From Candidatus Pelagisphaera sp. (GTDB taxonomy: Bacteria; Verrucomicrobiota; Verrucomicrobiia; Opitutales; Opitutaceae), in NCBI GenBank assembly GCA_965655705.1, contig CBFHHM010000008.1, positions 77,175-101,174 on the forward strand: 24,000 nucleotides of DNA, given 5' to 3'. A program made the translations under genes and the position numbers. The notes beneath the pieces were generated by a model, which saw only the letters and a list, made by a program, of their open reading frames with translations, did no database searches and had not been told where the DNA came from. Shown piece by piece: positions 23,927 to 24,000 of this stretch (position 1 is the stretch's first letter; every line of letters starts with the position of its first letter).

Positions 23927-24000
23927 GCGATCAATCGACTCCTCGGGGGCCGATTCGGCGCGGTTTTCTGCGAGAACGTCGCCGAGGCGATTTTCGGCAG

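Noticed and set aside
1-24000. I scanned for CRISPR repeats, tRNA/rRNA-like sequence, IS or transposase and integrase genes, and long direct or inverted repeats.
   Set aside because: None were recognised. The only notable nucleotide-level repeat is the 81-nt paralogous TM-anchor segment of the two vWA genes.

Overview
Densely coding chromosomal window. I saw no rRNA, tRNA, CRISPR array, transposase or integrase. 1-10.2 kb (+) is a conserved division/cell-wall (dcw) block: LysM protein, ftsW, murG, a fused murC-murB, ddl, ftsQ, ftsA, ftsZ, with several abutting or overlapping stop/start junctions. 10.4-14.2 kb (+) encodes a DinB-like protein, an NRDE/TANGO2-like protein, and an 856-aa fusion of alpha/beta-hydrolase, DedA/VTT membrane domain and ATP-grasp. 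14.2-15.6 kb (-) encodes two secreted proteins or lipoproteins, one with a glycine zipper plus coiled coil. 15.9-20.4 kb (+) is the most interesting part: a tight four-gene operon. It encodes a MotA/TolQ/ExbB-like channel subunit, an Hsp70-fold protein whose nucleotide-binding motifs are all degenerate, and two paralogous proteins. Each paralogue has an ExbD/TolR-like TM anchor containing an Asp, a long coiled coil and a vWA domain; one has an intact DxSxS MIDAS and the other a degenerate one. I read this as a candidate undescribed ion-driven 5:2-type stator/motor whose periplasmic output is a vWA head. It does not fit the Mot, Tol, Ton, Agl, GldLM or Zorya architectures I know, but that needs a database check. 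20.6-24.0 kb (-) encodes a HlyD-type adaptor and an LssB/LapB-type ABC exporter (type I secretion); the exporter's frame stays open to the window edge. The taxon cannot be determined here; the fused murC-murB and the general protein flavour suggest a PVC/Verrucomicrobiota-like organism (low confidence).
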